Notes: generated by a model not told the origin, from the letters alone. Counted from the stretch's first letter, positions 30,497 to 40,854 are shown. The stretch is 64,000 nt of DNA from an uncultured Acidobacteriota bacterium (GCA_963796275.1 CAWCKY010000006.1:2816001-2880000); one strand, 5' to 3'. Numbers and translations: made by a program.

Positions 30497-30883
30497 ATGT
30501 CGGAGGTATTTATGCCAGAGATCGAAAACCCATACGCGCAAGCGACGGTCGAAAATTTTCGCCGGACTCCGGCCAGTTTAAGACCGCAGTTGTTAAAAAT
30601 GCTCGAACGGGAACTGAACGGCGTTGAAGCCGATCAGACTGTTCCCACATCCTCTTTCAGACGAATCCCGTTCGATGATCGCTCAGAGGAGTTTCAGTGG
30701 CTGGCGCAGAACTCTGGCCGGTTTCATGGAGAATGGATTGCCCTGTCCGGGAAGCGCCTTCTGGCTCACAATGTCGATTACAATAAAGTCTCGCAGGAAG
30801 TGAAAAGCCTTGGCATAGATGGAGCTATGTTTATGTTCATCGAAGGTGAAGGGAATGAGGATTTCGTTCGGTTCCTGCCATGA
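30497..30883 (+). CDS. DUF5678-like protein (copy 2)
   Basis: Same motifs as copy 1; ATGA overlap with the protease gene. Confidence 0.7.
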   Translation: MSEVFMPEIENPYAQATVENFRRTPASLRPQLLKMLERELNGVEADQTVPTSSFRRIPFDDRSEEFQWLAQNSGRFHGEWIALSGKRLLAHNVDYNKVSQEVKSLGIDGAMFMFIEGEGNEDFVRFLP

Positions 30884-31299
30884 CTTATCCACTCGAATTC
30901 AAACAAAAATTCATCTATCAGGAGAATGAGCGGGGCATTTTCATTCCGCTCACGCTTGTCTATGGGGCGAAAACTACCGCCTGCGGCGCAAAACTCGATA
31001 CGGGAGCGGACTTTTGTTATTTCAGCCGTGAACACGCTGAAGAGATCGGACTGCAGGTCGAAGCTGGAACTGTGCTTCGCGTAGAAACAAACAGGCCTGA
31101 GCAGCCGATGATTTTTTACGGGCACGAGATCAAAATTCAGGCCCTCGGATATGAAATCGAGACGATGGTCTATTTCTGGGAACACCATCGCTTACCGCGC
31201 AATTTGTTGGGGCGTGCCGGGTGGATCAATAAGTTCAGACTCGCCCTGATTGAACACGATCTGGAATTGTATCTGTCACATCACGATGAACAATCCTGA
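30880..31299 (+). CDS. Retropepsin-like single-domain aspartyl protease (copy 2, intact)
   Basis: KLDTGAD catalytic motif and NLLGR.GW. Confidence 0.85.
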   Translation: MTYPLEFKQKFIYQENERGIFIPLTLVYGAKTTACGAKLDTGADFCYFSREHAEEIGLQVEAGTVLRVETNRPEQPMIFYGHEIKIQALGYEIETMVYFWEHHRLPRNLLGRAGWINKFRLALIEHDLELYLSHHDEQS

Positions 31300-31379
31300 A
31301 CAATGAGGGGAGGAGCGCGTATCACGTCTGATATGCCGAACGCTGACGCGCGCCGAATATGACAGAGGCAATGGGAAGA

Positions 31380-31794
31380 ATGATTGTATCTGTTAAACAA
31401 AAATTTGACCTGCGCAAGTATTCGCGACTGGTGTCGAAGGTCGCGCCCCTCGTGATCGAGAATAAGGAGGAGTTCGAGCGGGCGGATGCTGAGATCGGTC
31501 GCCTGCTTAAGAAGGGTACGATAACCTCTCCGTCGAGGAAAGAAGACTGTTTGCGCTGCTCAGTAGGCTGATTGAAGATTACGAAGACCAAACCTTCCCC
31601 GTACCAGATAGCCTTCCGCACCAGACGCTTCAGTTTCTGATGGAACAAATGATTTGCGCCAGGCAGACCTGGTGTTGATCTTTGGGTCACGGGGGCGAGT
31701 TTCGGAAGTTGTCAATGGCAAGCGTGCGATCAGCAAGACCCAGGCCAAGGCGCTGGGAGAATTCTTCAAAGTGTCGCCGGAATTGTTCATTTGA
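31380..31794 (+). pseudogene. higA: HigA-type antitoxin, frameshifted, preceded by the last codons of a higB toxin
   Basis: LIEDYE..PH..L.FLMEQ..LRQADLV.IFGSRGRVSEVVNGKRAISK; upstream LTRAEYDRG at 31344-31370. Confidence 0.8.
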
Positions 31795-31804
31795 GCGATT
31801 GGAG

Positions 31805-32128
31805 TCATATGTTCGTGTCAACGGCATTCAGGCAGTTCCTCACGGCTGAAAACGGGGCGGATTGCCGGTTAAAGCGCTCACCCTTCATACTCACCGCGAT
31901 GGCCTGCAACTCGCTGGCGCGGTCCTCCTTTTCAACAGGTTGTCTCGGTTTTACCGTTCGCTGCCATAAAAACTCATCGAAATCCTCCACCCCGACAATC
32001 TTTTCCGATGGCAACCCCTTGATTCGTTCGATCAGTAACTCTGCCTGCATAAGCTCATATATGGCTCCCTGTTCGATCTTCTGTGGCGCCCGCGCATGTA
32101 TGTCCTCAATGTTGCTGATAAAACTCAT
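31805..32128 (-). pseudogene. Probable chimeric relic (ferritin-like N-terminus plus DUF2281-like segment)
   Basis: MSFISNIEDIHARA..IEQGA, then LPSEKI..VEDF.EFL. Confidence 0.3.
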
Positions 32129-32239
32129 TTCTTTCTCTCCTTGAATATATTTTGATCAATTGAGCACAGCCATAACAGAGTCCTCAGACCGATCATTCTC
32201 AATCACCCTCATCATTAGCAAGTCTGGTGCTACAGGAGC

Positions 32240-32255
32240 TGGTATAGCTTTTGCA
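32240..32255 (+). promoter_or_regulatory. Sigma-54 promoter
   Basis: TGGTATAGCTTTTGCA; a divergent TAGCACCAGACTTGCT lies at 32217-32232. Confidence 0.6.
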
Positions 32256-32308
32256 TCTTTGTAAGTTTGCATATGGCTTCAAACAGTTTGATTTTTAAGT
32301 GAAAAACT

Positions 32309-32758
32309 ATGAGCTGCTTCCCTCCAACTAATATCGTTCGCAACATTTCACACTTGCTGGCCGCCTTCACTAGGAATTGCACTCATTTTCAACGGGAATG
32401 GCAGCAGTATATTCCCAGGATTGAGACTGCTGATATCTCAGGCCGCTGGGAGGGTGAGTGGGTGAGCGAGGTAAATAGACACCGGGGCCAGCTCAAATGC
32501 ATTGTGATCAGATTAGACGCGCACCATTACCGAGCAAGTTTTCACGCCACTTATTGGAATTTTCTGCGGGCTTGTTACAGCGTGAATCTCTCCGTGAATG
32601 AAGTCAACGGGCGGTTCAAGTTACAAGGAGAGGTCGATCTCGGAAAGCTGGCCGGAGGAGTTTATCGATATGAAGGCGAGGTCGCAGACAAGGGATATTT
32701 CTCGACTTATAAATGCCGATACGACCACGGCACTTTTCATTTACACCGCCTGGATTGA
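32309..32758 (+). CDS. Conserved hypothetical beta-barrel-like protein
   Basis: GRWEGEWVS..H.G.L.C and DLGKLAGGVY.Y.G. Confidence 0.6.
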   Translation: MSCFPPTNIVRNISHLLAAFTRNCTHFQREWQQYIPRIETADISGRWEGEWVSEVNRHRGQLKCIVIRLDAHHYRASFHATYWNFLRACYSVNLSVNEVNGRFKLQGEVDLGKLAGGVYRYEGEVADKGYFSTYKCRYDHGTFHLHRLD

Positions 32759-32947
32759 TACTCACATAGACATTTGGGCCTAATATGCATCCTGCGCTTA
32801 CGAGCGAGAGACACCGAAGTGATTCTTACACCAATCGGTACAGCTATATCTTTCAGGGCCGTGCCGATGGTTTAAACAGGGTTTTCCATTCACACGCAGT
32901 CTGAAAACGTTGTGGATCAATGTTCCGAGTTACACAATGGAACCTTA

Positions 32948-34441
32948 TCAGAGCAGTTGGTTGAGAGCCCTGGTTAAGACTTCGTATCCCAGAACCCGCA
33001 CAGGGTCGAACCCCGTGTGTTTTTGGTAGACCTCGCCTTTGGAATCGATAATCACGATGGATGGCAGTGCATCCAGGCCAAATGCGCGAAAGGCCTTCCT
33101 CTCGGGATCGCGCAGCACAGTCAGCTGCAAACCATTCTCTCGGGCGAAAGCTTTGAGACCGGCATCTGAAATGTAGGATTCGTCGCCGACACGCGCACTG
33201 TTAATGCTCACCCAGTAAAAGACGACGCTACGGTTTTCATAAAGATTGGCGATTCGCTGTAACGCTGGTAGAGACTTGTTTGTCATTGGTACCCAGGTCC
33301 CATTGAACACGAGCACGACTACATGCCCGCTGTGGTCAGCCAGGCTGACTCTTTTGCCGTCGACCGACCTGAAGGTCAGCTGATCCGTCTGCCTTGCGAT
33401 TTTCAATGATGCGAAAGTTAATAGTTGTTGTGAGTCGTGCCAGCGTCGGTTAAGTGTGGGCTGTTCATTTTCTTCCGTTTCGTCGGGTTGATCGCTCTTT
33501 TCCAACCTGTGTCGCTTGAGCGTAGGGAGGCGCTGGTCCTCTTTCTCCACCTCAGTCCGCCCTCCGCGGATGAATATTCCCATGCGCTCTTTCAAGGCGA
33601 TGAAGTCGGAGCTGTTGATTTGATATTCCCTCCGCTCGGGGAAACGTACCAGGAGCTTCTGTACTTCCTCAATGCGGTCTTTGCTCATCGGGTGGGTGCG
33701 AAAGGCCTTCCTCAAGGTGCCGGGATCCTTCTTCTCGGATGCCCGCAGTTTCTCGAAGAAGGTAATCAATCCCTGAGGATCGTATCCTGTCTTCCACAGA
33801 TACTGAGCCGCCAGCCGATCAGCTTCCTTTTCTGCGCCGCGCGAGAACTTGAAATAAGAGAGCGGGATCACCAGATTGGCAGTCTGATTAACCAGGAAAC
33901 CGCCCCAGCCGCCGAAGAAGATCAAAGGTATCGCCGCCCAATTGATCAGAACGCCTTTTGTGGCCTGTTCGATGCCGTGTCGCGCGGCGATGTGCGCCAC
34001 CTCATGAGCGATTACGCCTGCGAGTTCAGCCTCGTTATCGACAGACTCGATCAACCCTCGATTGATATAAAGAAAACCTCCAGGCAGCGTGAAGGCGTTG
34101 ATGTCGGATGAATCGATCACCTTAATCGTCACAGGCACTTTGACGTCCGAGTTGATGACGATGTTTTGTGTGACGCGGTTGACGAACTCGAGCAGGATCG
34201 GGTCAGCGACTAAATTCGAGCGCCGATCCATTTCAGCAGCCATTCGCCGGCCGAGCGCTAATTCCTTCTCCAGCGAGTAGAAATTGATCTGGCCATTGTT
34301 GATGTCGCGTTTGCCGATCAGTTGCGGGTTCTCTCTCTTTTTGAGCGGCCTCTGTTTGTTATCCGCCAACACAGGGGCGACGACAAGCCAAAAGGCTAAG
34401 AGCGGTGGCAAAATGTGTCTGGATAGATTCTTAGCGCTCAA
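32948..34441 (-). CDS. M48 metallopeptidase fused to a Cys-less TlpA-like redoxin domain
   Basis: NAFTLPGG, AHEVAH, FSR..E.EAD and THP; the C-terminal thioredoxin fold has GTWVPMT in place of WCxxC. Confidence 0.85.
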   Translation of the reverse strand: MSAKNLSRHILPPLLAFWLVVAPVLADNKQRPLKKRENPQLIGKRDINNGQINFYSLEKELALGRRMAAEMDRRSNLVADPILLEFVNRVTQNIVINSDVKVPVTIKVIDSSDINAFTLPGGFLYINRGLIESVDNEAELAGVIAHEVAHIAARHGIEQATKGVLINWAAIPLIFFGGWGGFLVNQTANLVIPLSYFKFSRGAEKEADRLAAQYLWKTGYDPQGLITFFEKLRASEKKDPGTLRKAFRTHPMSKDRIEEVQKLLVRFPERREYQINSSDFIALKERMGIFIRGGRTEVEKEDQRLPTLKRHRLEKSDQPDETEENEQPTLNRRWHDSQQLLTFASLKIARQTDQLTFRSVDGKRVSLADHSGHVVVLVFNGTWVPMTNKSLPALQRIANLYENRSVVFYWVSINSARVGDESYISDAGLKAFARENGLQLTVLRDPERKAFRAFGLDALPSIVIIDSKGEVYQKHTGFDPVRVLGYEVLTRALNQLL

Positions 34442-34469
34442 ATCTTACTCTTTTACACGCGCCCATCGC

Positions 34470-35624
34470 TCAGTAACGAAAGATTGCGGCGACAGGAGAG
34501 ATATCGGGCATCTGCTCTCGTGGGACGGCGAAGACCGTTCCACCAGTAGCGAGCGTTCGCAATGCCATCAGATCGAGCAGGTCTTCATCTTCGGGTTGGG
34601 CATCTGTGTGCATAGTGACGGTATTCTGGTCCGCATCAAAACTTCCCCGGCTCTGTGCATTTACCTGAACAAAGAGCGTAGCAATACGACCATGTACGGC
34701 AGCAAGGTCGGCCTCGCTGACGCGATTGGTCGTTTTGCCTGTGCCTGTTAGTTCCCAATATAACTCTTCTGCTTCTTTGCGAGCTCGCCGATAGTGCGAC
34801 TGCACGATCGTCCACGTATTCTTATGTAGTTCTTCGAGCGGCATCTGCTGGGGGTCGCCGTGAATTCCTTCAATGAGCCTGTGTGGATAAGTGTTAACCG
34901 AACGATAGATCGGATGGAGATATTCAACACCGGCCAGGATCAGCGGTGCAGATTCTTCTCTGAGAAGATCGTGCAGACTCGCGTCCACCCATCGGAAGAA
35001 ACGCCGCAACCTGTACTTGTGGACCTCGTCTTCTCCGACCTGATCGTGAAAGACTGCTGTACGTATTCCTCCTGACGGCGGGCTGCTATGAAACTGCCAT
35101 ATTTTCTGTGGCTCTTCTTCACCGAGAGTATCGGCCAAACTCACAGGCATTCCTTCGAGGAAAATCTCGTTGAGGCTATAGCTCGAGCCTTGAAATACCC
35201 TGACCTGATTTTGACATAGCGCCAGAAGATAAAATTGGCCGGCACTCGTGAAATAACGCAGCAATGGTTTCAGGTAAAAGTGGTCAGCGATGACTGCAAG
35301 TTTTGGGAACCTGACCGGCAGGCTGTAATGGCGGAAGAAATCTTCGGTCAGAAACAGTGCCAGACCATCGCTCTGATGCTGCCAGAAGTATTCCTGATCG
35401 AATAATTGCTGCGCCGGTTTGAGAAGCTCTTGCACCTTCGCACTCCACAGGCCGAGGGCGAGAAGGCGCTTCTCAGCTTCACGCAGGAGGTTCTTCAGCC
35501 TGATCGGATCCTGGCGAGTCTCTGCTTCGGCACGATGCGTTGGCAAATAGATCGAGATGCAATAATCATTCTGTTTCCCAACCAATGAGTGCAGTTCTTC
35601 TCTGTTCAATATTGGCATCTTCAC
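34470..35624 (-). CDS. Bacterial archaeo-eukaryotic release factor family protein (baeRF3/7-like)
   Basis: CISIYLPTHR, DGLALF, F.LKPLL, PLILAGV, GR..TLFV and AAIFRY. Confidence 0.8.
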   Translation of the reverse strand: MKMPILNREELHSLVGKQNDYCISIYLPTHRAEAETRQDPIRLKNLLREAEKRLLALGLWSAKVQELLKPAQQLFDQEYFWQHQSDGLALFLTEDFFRHYSLPVRFPKLAVIADHFYLKPLLRYFTSAGQFYLLALCQNQVRVFQGSSYSLNEIFLEGMPVSLADTLGEEEPQKIWQFHSSPPSGGIRTAVFHDQVGEDEVHKYRLRRFFRWVDASLHDLLREESAPLILAGVEYLHPIYRSVNTYPHRLIEGIHGDPQQMPLEELHKNTWTIVQSHYRRARKEAEELYWELTGTGKTTNRVSEADLAAVHGRIATLFVQVNAQSRGSFDADQNTVTMHTDAQPEDEDLLDLMALRTLATGGTVFAVPREQMPDISPVAAIFRY

Positions 35625-35714
35625 CTCAATGTCAGGATTTTCACTTATGGGCTGCTCAGAGAACCGCTAATCGTGCGTCAGACAACCCTCTCTGCGGGGC
35701 TCGATCATTGGAAG

Positions 35715-35730
35715 TGCAACGCCTATGCCA
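35715..35730 (-). promoter_or_regulatory. Sigma-54 promoter of the baeRF gene
   Basis: TGGCATAGGCGTTGCA. Confidence 0.7.
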
Positions 35731-35968
35731 GCAGAGAAGCGCGCAGGAAAATACAGACTTTTCAAGCAGTAAGGAGCGCGAGATGGGCAAGGATTAGTTG
35801 TAAAGACAGCTTGATATCAATTGTAAAGTTGGCGCCAGAGTGTGTGGGCAAATGCCACATGTGTGTAGAAAAATTACTCATTCTATAAACCGCGCTTCTG
35901 CGTGCTTTGGGTAGCAGAGTGAGGCAACGTGCTTGGCTCCGGCTCACCCGCTGATACAACTCATTGAT

Positions 35969-36823
35969 TCACATTGTCTCACTCAACAGTTGCATTACCG
36001 CATCGCGCCACCCCTGCGGGCCGATGCGCTCGGTCAGTCGCGCTCCTGAGAACTGAGCAGTCAGGTTTGGGTCATGCATGCCTGACGGGCGTTTGACGAT
36101 GATCGGCAACTCCACGTTGTTGAACATCGGCTCGTCATTCGGGCTGTCGCCGATGGCGACGGTAGTAATCGGGCCATAGGCGCGAAAGAACATCTCATTG
36201 AGAAACTTGACAGCTAACCCTTTATCGGAATTGCCGTGCAGATGGTAATAACGCCCGCCGACTGAAAATCGCAGGCCGCATTGCCTGATTCTTTGCAGGA
36301 ACCCCTGGATCTCTTCCGGCGCGGAGCTGGAGAAGCGGAATGGCTCGCTATATTCGCGGTCTTTGGCGCGCTGCGCTTCAACAAGCGTCATGGCGCATTC
36401 ATGAGCGATCTCCTTGACCGTTAGATCGCTGAAGCCAACGATGCTGAGGTTGGGAAACTCAACGCGATACCTGCGGAAAAGATCGACAAGCTTCGAGTAT
36501 GGCTCAGCCATCTCGATCACCGAGTAACCGTCGCATGAAGCGCTGCCTTCGATGGCGAAGGGAAAATATCCCTCAGGCACATAGATTGCCCCGCCGTTCT
36601 CGACGATGAATGGATCGTTCGCTTCTGTCGCTTTCCGAATATGCTCGATCTCGGCACGCGTCTTACTCGAACAGAAAACGACTGGAATGCCTTTCTCCTG
36701 TGCAGTCCACAACGCCGGTAGCGACTCGCGAAACTTATAATTCTTTTCATCAAGAAAGGTACCATCCAGATCTGTGTAAATAATCGTCTTGCCATTCTGT
36801 CTCATAAATTTAGTTATCTTCAT
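35969..36823 (-). CDS. HAD-IIB mannosyl/glucosyl-3-phosphoglycerate phosphatase
   Basis: TDLDGT, SSKTRAE, ENGG, REYSEP, DKG and GDSPND. Confidence 0.9.
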   Translation of the reverse strand: MKITKFMRQNGKTIIYTDLDGTFLDEKNYKFRESLPALWTAQEKGIPVVFCSSKTRAEIEHIRKATEANDPFIVENGGAIYVPEGYFPFAIEGSASCDGYSVIEMAEPYSKLVDLFRRYRVEFPNLSIVGFSDLTVKEIAHECAMTLVEAQRAKDREYSEPFRFSSSAPEEIQGFLQRIRQCGLRFSVGGRYYHLHGNSDKGLAVKFLNEMFFRAYGPITTVAIGDSPNDEPMFNNVELPIIVKRPSGMHDPNLTAQFSGARLTERIGPQGWRDAVMQLLSETM

Positions 36824-38034
36824 TACCTTTCATTATCTGCTTCTACTGCTGCTTTCAGTTCCTCGAAGAAATGCGGGAATGCCGAAGCTACACGGTTCCA
36901 ATTGGGAATCAGCGGCACACCGAGAGGGTCTTCAAAGAATTTCTCGCCAGCGATTCTGATTCCGCGTGCGAAAGAGTCCACCGCCGTCTCCTCAGCGTGA
37001 CGATCGAATTCCAATCCGTTGATCCACGCGTCGCCCTGATAGCGATTGATCGTATCTTCGGCCATGCGGACATAGGCTGCCTGCAAGGTTTTAAACCGAC
37101 CTTGCGTTAGCTCGACGCCCTGTGCGGCGAGCGTCCGGAAGAGAGTCTTGCTCACGTCAATGCACATCTTGAGTAATCCCTTTTCGGGATCGTCAGGTGA
37201 AAGGCACTGATGCTTGTGTTCGTAGTTATCGGCGATATCCACCTGACAAACGCGTTTAATCGAGGTGTTGCGGCGCACTTCTGCGAGTACGCCGATCTCC
37301 AACCCCCAGTCGCTCGGGATGCGGTTGGCGCGCGCCAGATCGGATTGCATACAGAACTCGCCGGCCAGCGGATAGCGAAAGCTGTCTAGATAACGCAGGA
37401 ATTCGGTATGGCCGACGATCTCCAGCATCGAACGGATGAGAGGCGCAATCAGCAACCGCGTCGCGCGTCCATACATCCGGTCAGTCACCCGGGCATAAAA
37501 TCCTTTGCTGAACTCGTAATCGGCATTCGGGTTGGCGACCGGATAGATCAGCCTGGCCAGGAGCTCGCGCGAATAGTTGACGATGTCGCAATCGTGCAGG
37601 GCGATCACCTGGCTGCGCTGACAAGCTAAAACGTAGCCATAGGCCATCCAGCATGAGCGGCCCTTCCCATCGCCGCCAACGCGCATTCCGGCGCCTTCGA
37701 GCTTGTCGTACAAGGCGCTGATGCGCGGCCCAGTATTCCATACTATCATCGGGCGCTGCGGCAGCGCCGTGAAGAACTCCTTCGCGTGGTTGAATTCATG
37801 CGTATTAGCGCCTCCCATCGTGACGACCGTCTGCTCCAGATACTTAACCTTTTTCAACTCCTCGATGATGACGGGCAGGGCAGGTCCTTCGACTTCCGAA
37901 TATAGGGCGGGGAGCACCAGCGCTATTGGGCGTTGTCTGGCAAAGCTCAGCAACTCATCTTCGAGCCGTTCCAACTTTGGCTTACCAAGCCGATGAAACG
38001 TTGCTACCAATCCGGTTTGATAAAAGTCGCTCAT
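36823..38034 (-). CDS. Glucosyl-3-phosphoglycerate synthase (GpgS-like glycosyltransferase)
   Basis: MSDFYQ.G..TFH, GKGR..W, HDCDI, KGFYAR, FRYPLAGE, DWGLEIG and Y.HKHQ; adjacent phosphatase. Confidence 0.85.
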   Translation of the reverse strand: MSDFYQTGLVATFHRLGKPKLERLEDELLSFARQRPIALVLPALYSEVEGPALPVIIEELKKVKYLEQTVVTMGGANTHEFNHAKEFFTALPQRPMIVWNTGPRISALYDKLEGAGMRVGGDGKGRSCWMAYGYVLACQRSQVIALHDCDIVNYSRELLARLIYPVANPNADYEFSKGFYARVTDRMYGRATRLLIAPLIRSMLEIVGHTEFLRYLDSFRYPLAGEFCMQSDLARANRIPSDWGLEIGVLAEVRRNTSIKRVCQVDIADNYEHKHQCLSPDDPEKGLLKMCIDVSKTLFRTLAAQGVELTQGRFKTLQAAYVRMAEDTINRYQGDAWINGLEFDRHAEETAVDSFARGIRIAGEKFFEDPLGVPLIPNWNRVASAFPHFFEELKAAVEADNER

Positions 38035-38195
38035 TGGGCCTCCTAATCTTTCTGTATTTGGTTCAACGACTGAGCGTGATGTGTGGTCACTGCGCCTCTC
38101 TTGCTTTGAAACAACGAATGGTCTTTCTAAGGCGAGTGTGCGCTCCGGTGCATTGCAAAGCTTGGTTCTGTCGTTTCGCTATCAGCTTATGTAAG

Positions 38196-38211
38196 TACAA
38201 TCGGCGTGCCA
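38196..38211 (-). promoter_or_regulatory. Sigma-54 promoter of the gpgS operon
   Basis: TGGCACGCCGATTGTA, identical to 40839-40854. Confidence 0.65.
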
Positions 38212-38362
38212 CGGAGAGCAGGAGTAAAGGCCTTTAATGAAGGAGTTTAACCGTCGTTTTCGTATTGTCGCGCTGCCAGTAGGCTAGCCCATGTGGCAAT
38301 CTGGGACATGGCATTGGCTAAATGCTAATCTCTCGAGTGATGCCGGTAACAATCAGCAACTC

Positions 38363-39543
38363 TTATGAGCTCTGGGTTTCGTAAGCATCGTGCTCCATCT
38401 TCAACTCGACGCGCTTCATTAACAGGCGCTTGATGTGATCGCGCGAAATGAAGCCGACCAGCCGGCTGTTGGACGTCACTGCCAACGGATCTTCTTGACT
38501 ATGGCCCATTAACCCTAACGCTTCGGTGATAGGTGTTTCGGGAGTAACCGTTTGAAGCCGATCTATTTGCTTCATCACATCGTAGACCACTGTGTATGGC
38601 CATCGCCTACGCGCGATCTTTCTAACTTCCTGAACCGTGATCAATCCAGTCAACTCGCTGCCATGCATAATCAGAAAGCAATCCCCCTCGCCGCGCATTA
38701 AGTGATCTTCAACGAAAGTTTGAAGGTTGGTATTGCCATCAATGACGGGGCAGTCACTCTCCATCACGTCCTTGGCGCACACACCGCGTAACCGCTCGCT
38801 AACCTCAGTTTGTGAGACACTCGCCAGAGCTACCTGGAACAGAAACCAACCGATAAACGCCATCCACAACCCGCCGAAGACGGCCCCCTTAAAGATGGCG
38901 AGGATGCCGATAACGATGAAGGAGGTGGCAAAGAACGTCCCGGCGAATGACGCTAACCAGGTCGCGCGTGTTTCATCGCCTGTCCCCCACCAGATAATTG
39001 CACGCAACACGCGCCCGCCATCCATCGGAAAGCCGGTACCAGGTTGAAAATTGCCAGCCCGATATTGATGTAGCCAAGCCAGACGATCATTGCTTGCAAC
39101 AGCGTCACCGGTTCCGCAAGCAGCATCCAGCCGCTCAGCCATGCCAGCGCCAGACAGATAAACCCAATTGCAGCGCTGGTGAATGGGCCGGCGATTCCTA
39201 TCCAGAATTCAGATTTCGCGTCGCTGGCCTCGTTTTCTATTTGCGCCACGCCGCCGAGGGCAAACAACATGATCGCCCTCACAGACAGTCCGAGCCTCTT
39301 GGCTACTACCGCGTGTGAAAGCTCATGAGTCAGAATCGATGCGAAAAGGAGAGCGCAGGTGATCATCGCTGCCCCCCAGACCATACCTGTACTCCAGGCT
39401 GGATTGACGGTTCGAAAATGGCTTGCCAGCAAAATGACGATCAGTGCTGCGGTGATCAACCAACTGATATGCAAATTGATTTCAATGCCGGAAATGCCCC
39501 CTAGCTTGAATAATGTTCGTATCTTCACCTCTTTACCTGTCAT
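38363..39543 (-). pseudogene. Site-2 protease (M50) with CBS domains, frameshift near 39030
   Basis: HELSH, AGP, FNLVP / PMDGGR and a C-terminal CBS pair. Confidence 0.85.
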
Positions 39544-39623
39544 TTACAAAACTTTGCTGCCTGTTGCTGCGAGTCGACCACTATTTATCCACCTGATCGC
39601 GGCATCAGTCTCTTTTCGTTACA

Positions 39624-40472
39624 TCAAGCCTTTTCTCGCAACAATCGCATAACTGCTTCCGCCCATCCTGCCGGGCCGATGGCTTCTGTCAGCCGCGCCT
39701 GTGAGAATAGGGTGACGAGTCCCGGTTGATGGGCGCCGGATGGCCGCTTGATAATGATCGGCGCCGCAACCTTGCTGAGCATCGGCGCGTCGTTCTGGCT
39801 GTCGCCGATGCCGACGGTTGTAACCTTGCCATAAGCTCTTTGGTACAAGTGCGTGAGAATTTCAACGGCGTGTCCTTTGTCGTAGTTTCCATGCAAATGG
39901 TGATAGCGGCTGCCGACAGAGAATTGGCGGCCGGATTGCTTGATCCTTTCCTGGAATACATCTATCTTCTCCGGCGTAATATTGGAGAATCGGAAAGGCT
40001 CAGTGTATGCGCGGGCTTTGGCGCGTCTGGCTTCATCGAGCGTCATGCCGCATTCGAGCGCGAGTTCATTGACCGTCAGATCGCTGAAGCCAACGATATC
40101 GAGATTGATGGAACCGGCGCGCATCAAGCGGAAAAGGTTTACCATCCTAGAGTACGACTCGCCCAGCTCGATCACATCGTAACCGTCGCGCGACATGCTG
40201 TCTTCGATGGTGAAGGGGAAATAGCCCTCAGGCACGAGGATCGCCCCGCCGTTTTCGACAATAAACGGATCGGTCACTTCCGTCGCCTTCCTGAGGTGCT
40301 CGATCTCGGCGCGCGTCTTGCTCGAACAGAAGACCACAGGAATGCCTCTCTCTTGCGCAGCCCGCAACGCCGGCAGAGACTCCCGAAACGAATAGCCCTC
40401 TTCATCGAGAAATGTTCCGTCCAGATCGGTGTAAATAATCGTCTTTCTATGTGGTCTCATAAACTCAGTCAT
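39624..40472 (-). CDS. Second HAD-IIB mannosyl/glucosyl-3-phosphoglycerate phosphatase paralog
   Basis: Same motifs; strongly similar to 35969-36823. Confidence 0.9.
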   Translation of the reverse strand: MTEFMRPHRKTIIYTDLDGTFLDEEGYSFRESLPALRAAQERGIPVVFCSSKTRAEIEHLRKATEVTDPFIVENGGAILVPEGYFPFTIEDSMSRDGYDVIELGESYSRMVNLFRLMRAGSINLDIVGFSDLTVNELALECGMTLDEARRAKARAYTEPFRFSNITPEKIDVFQERIKQSGRQFSVGSRYHHLHGNYDKGHAVEILTHLYQRAYGKVTTVGIGDSQNDAPMLSKVAAPIIIKRPSGAHQPGLVTLFSQARLTEAIGPAGWAEAVMRLLREKA

Positions 40473-40558
40473 CCCCCCTCTCCTTATCCGCTTCGACCTA
40501 CGCCTTCAACTCCGCAAAGATTGGCGCTGAGTGTTTCCTGCATCTCTCTCTGATTACT

Positions 40559-40768
40559 TCACGGCTTGTGCCTTTTCTGCCCGTGCGGCGCTACGCTATC
40601 AGAGCAATATGTTTGCAGGATAGTGAACCGATAGTTACACGTTCGGCAGGAATACTCCTCATTCTCCCGCAAGCCAATGGCCAACCAAACTTGTCCGCAC
40701 TGCGGGCAAGTTTGGAAGTGCTGCTTCAAGGCTTCTTCCCACTGCTGGGTGTCTTTTTTTTGATGCAT
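40559..40768 (-). CDS. Small Zn-finger protein
   Basis: RBS ggaga; CPQC...CRTC. Confidence 0.55.
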   Translation of the reverse strand: MHQKKDTQQWEEALKQHFQTCPQCGQVWLAIGLRENEEYSCRTCNYRFTILQTYCSDSVAPHGQKRHKP

Positions 40769-40838
40769 AGTCTTTTCTCCACCGAATGCGTGTGCAGCAC
40801 ACTGCAAAAAAAAGTTTCGACGTCTCTCCATTAATGAG

Positions 40839-40854
40839 TACAATCGGCGTGCCA
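40839..40854 (-). promoter_or_regulatory. Sigma-54 promoter
   Basis: TGGCACGCCGATTGTA. Confidence 0.65.
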
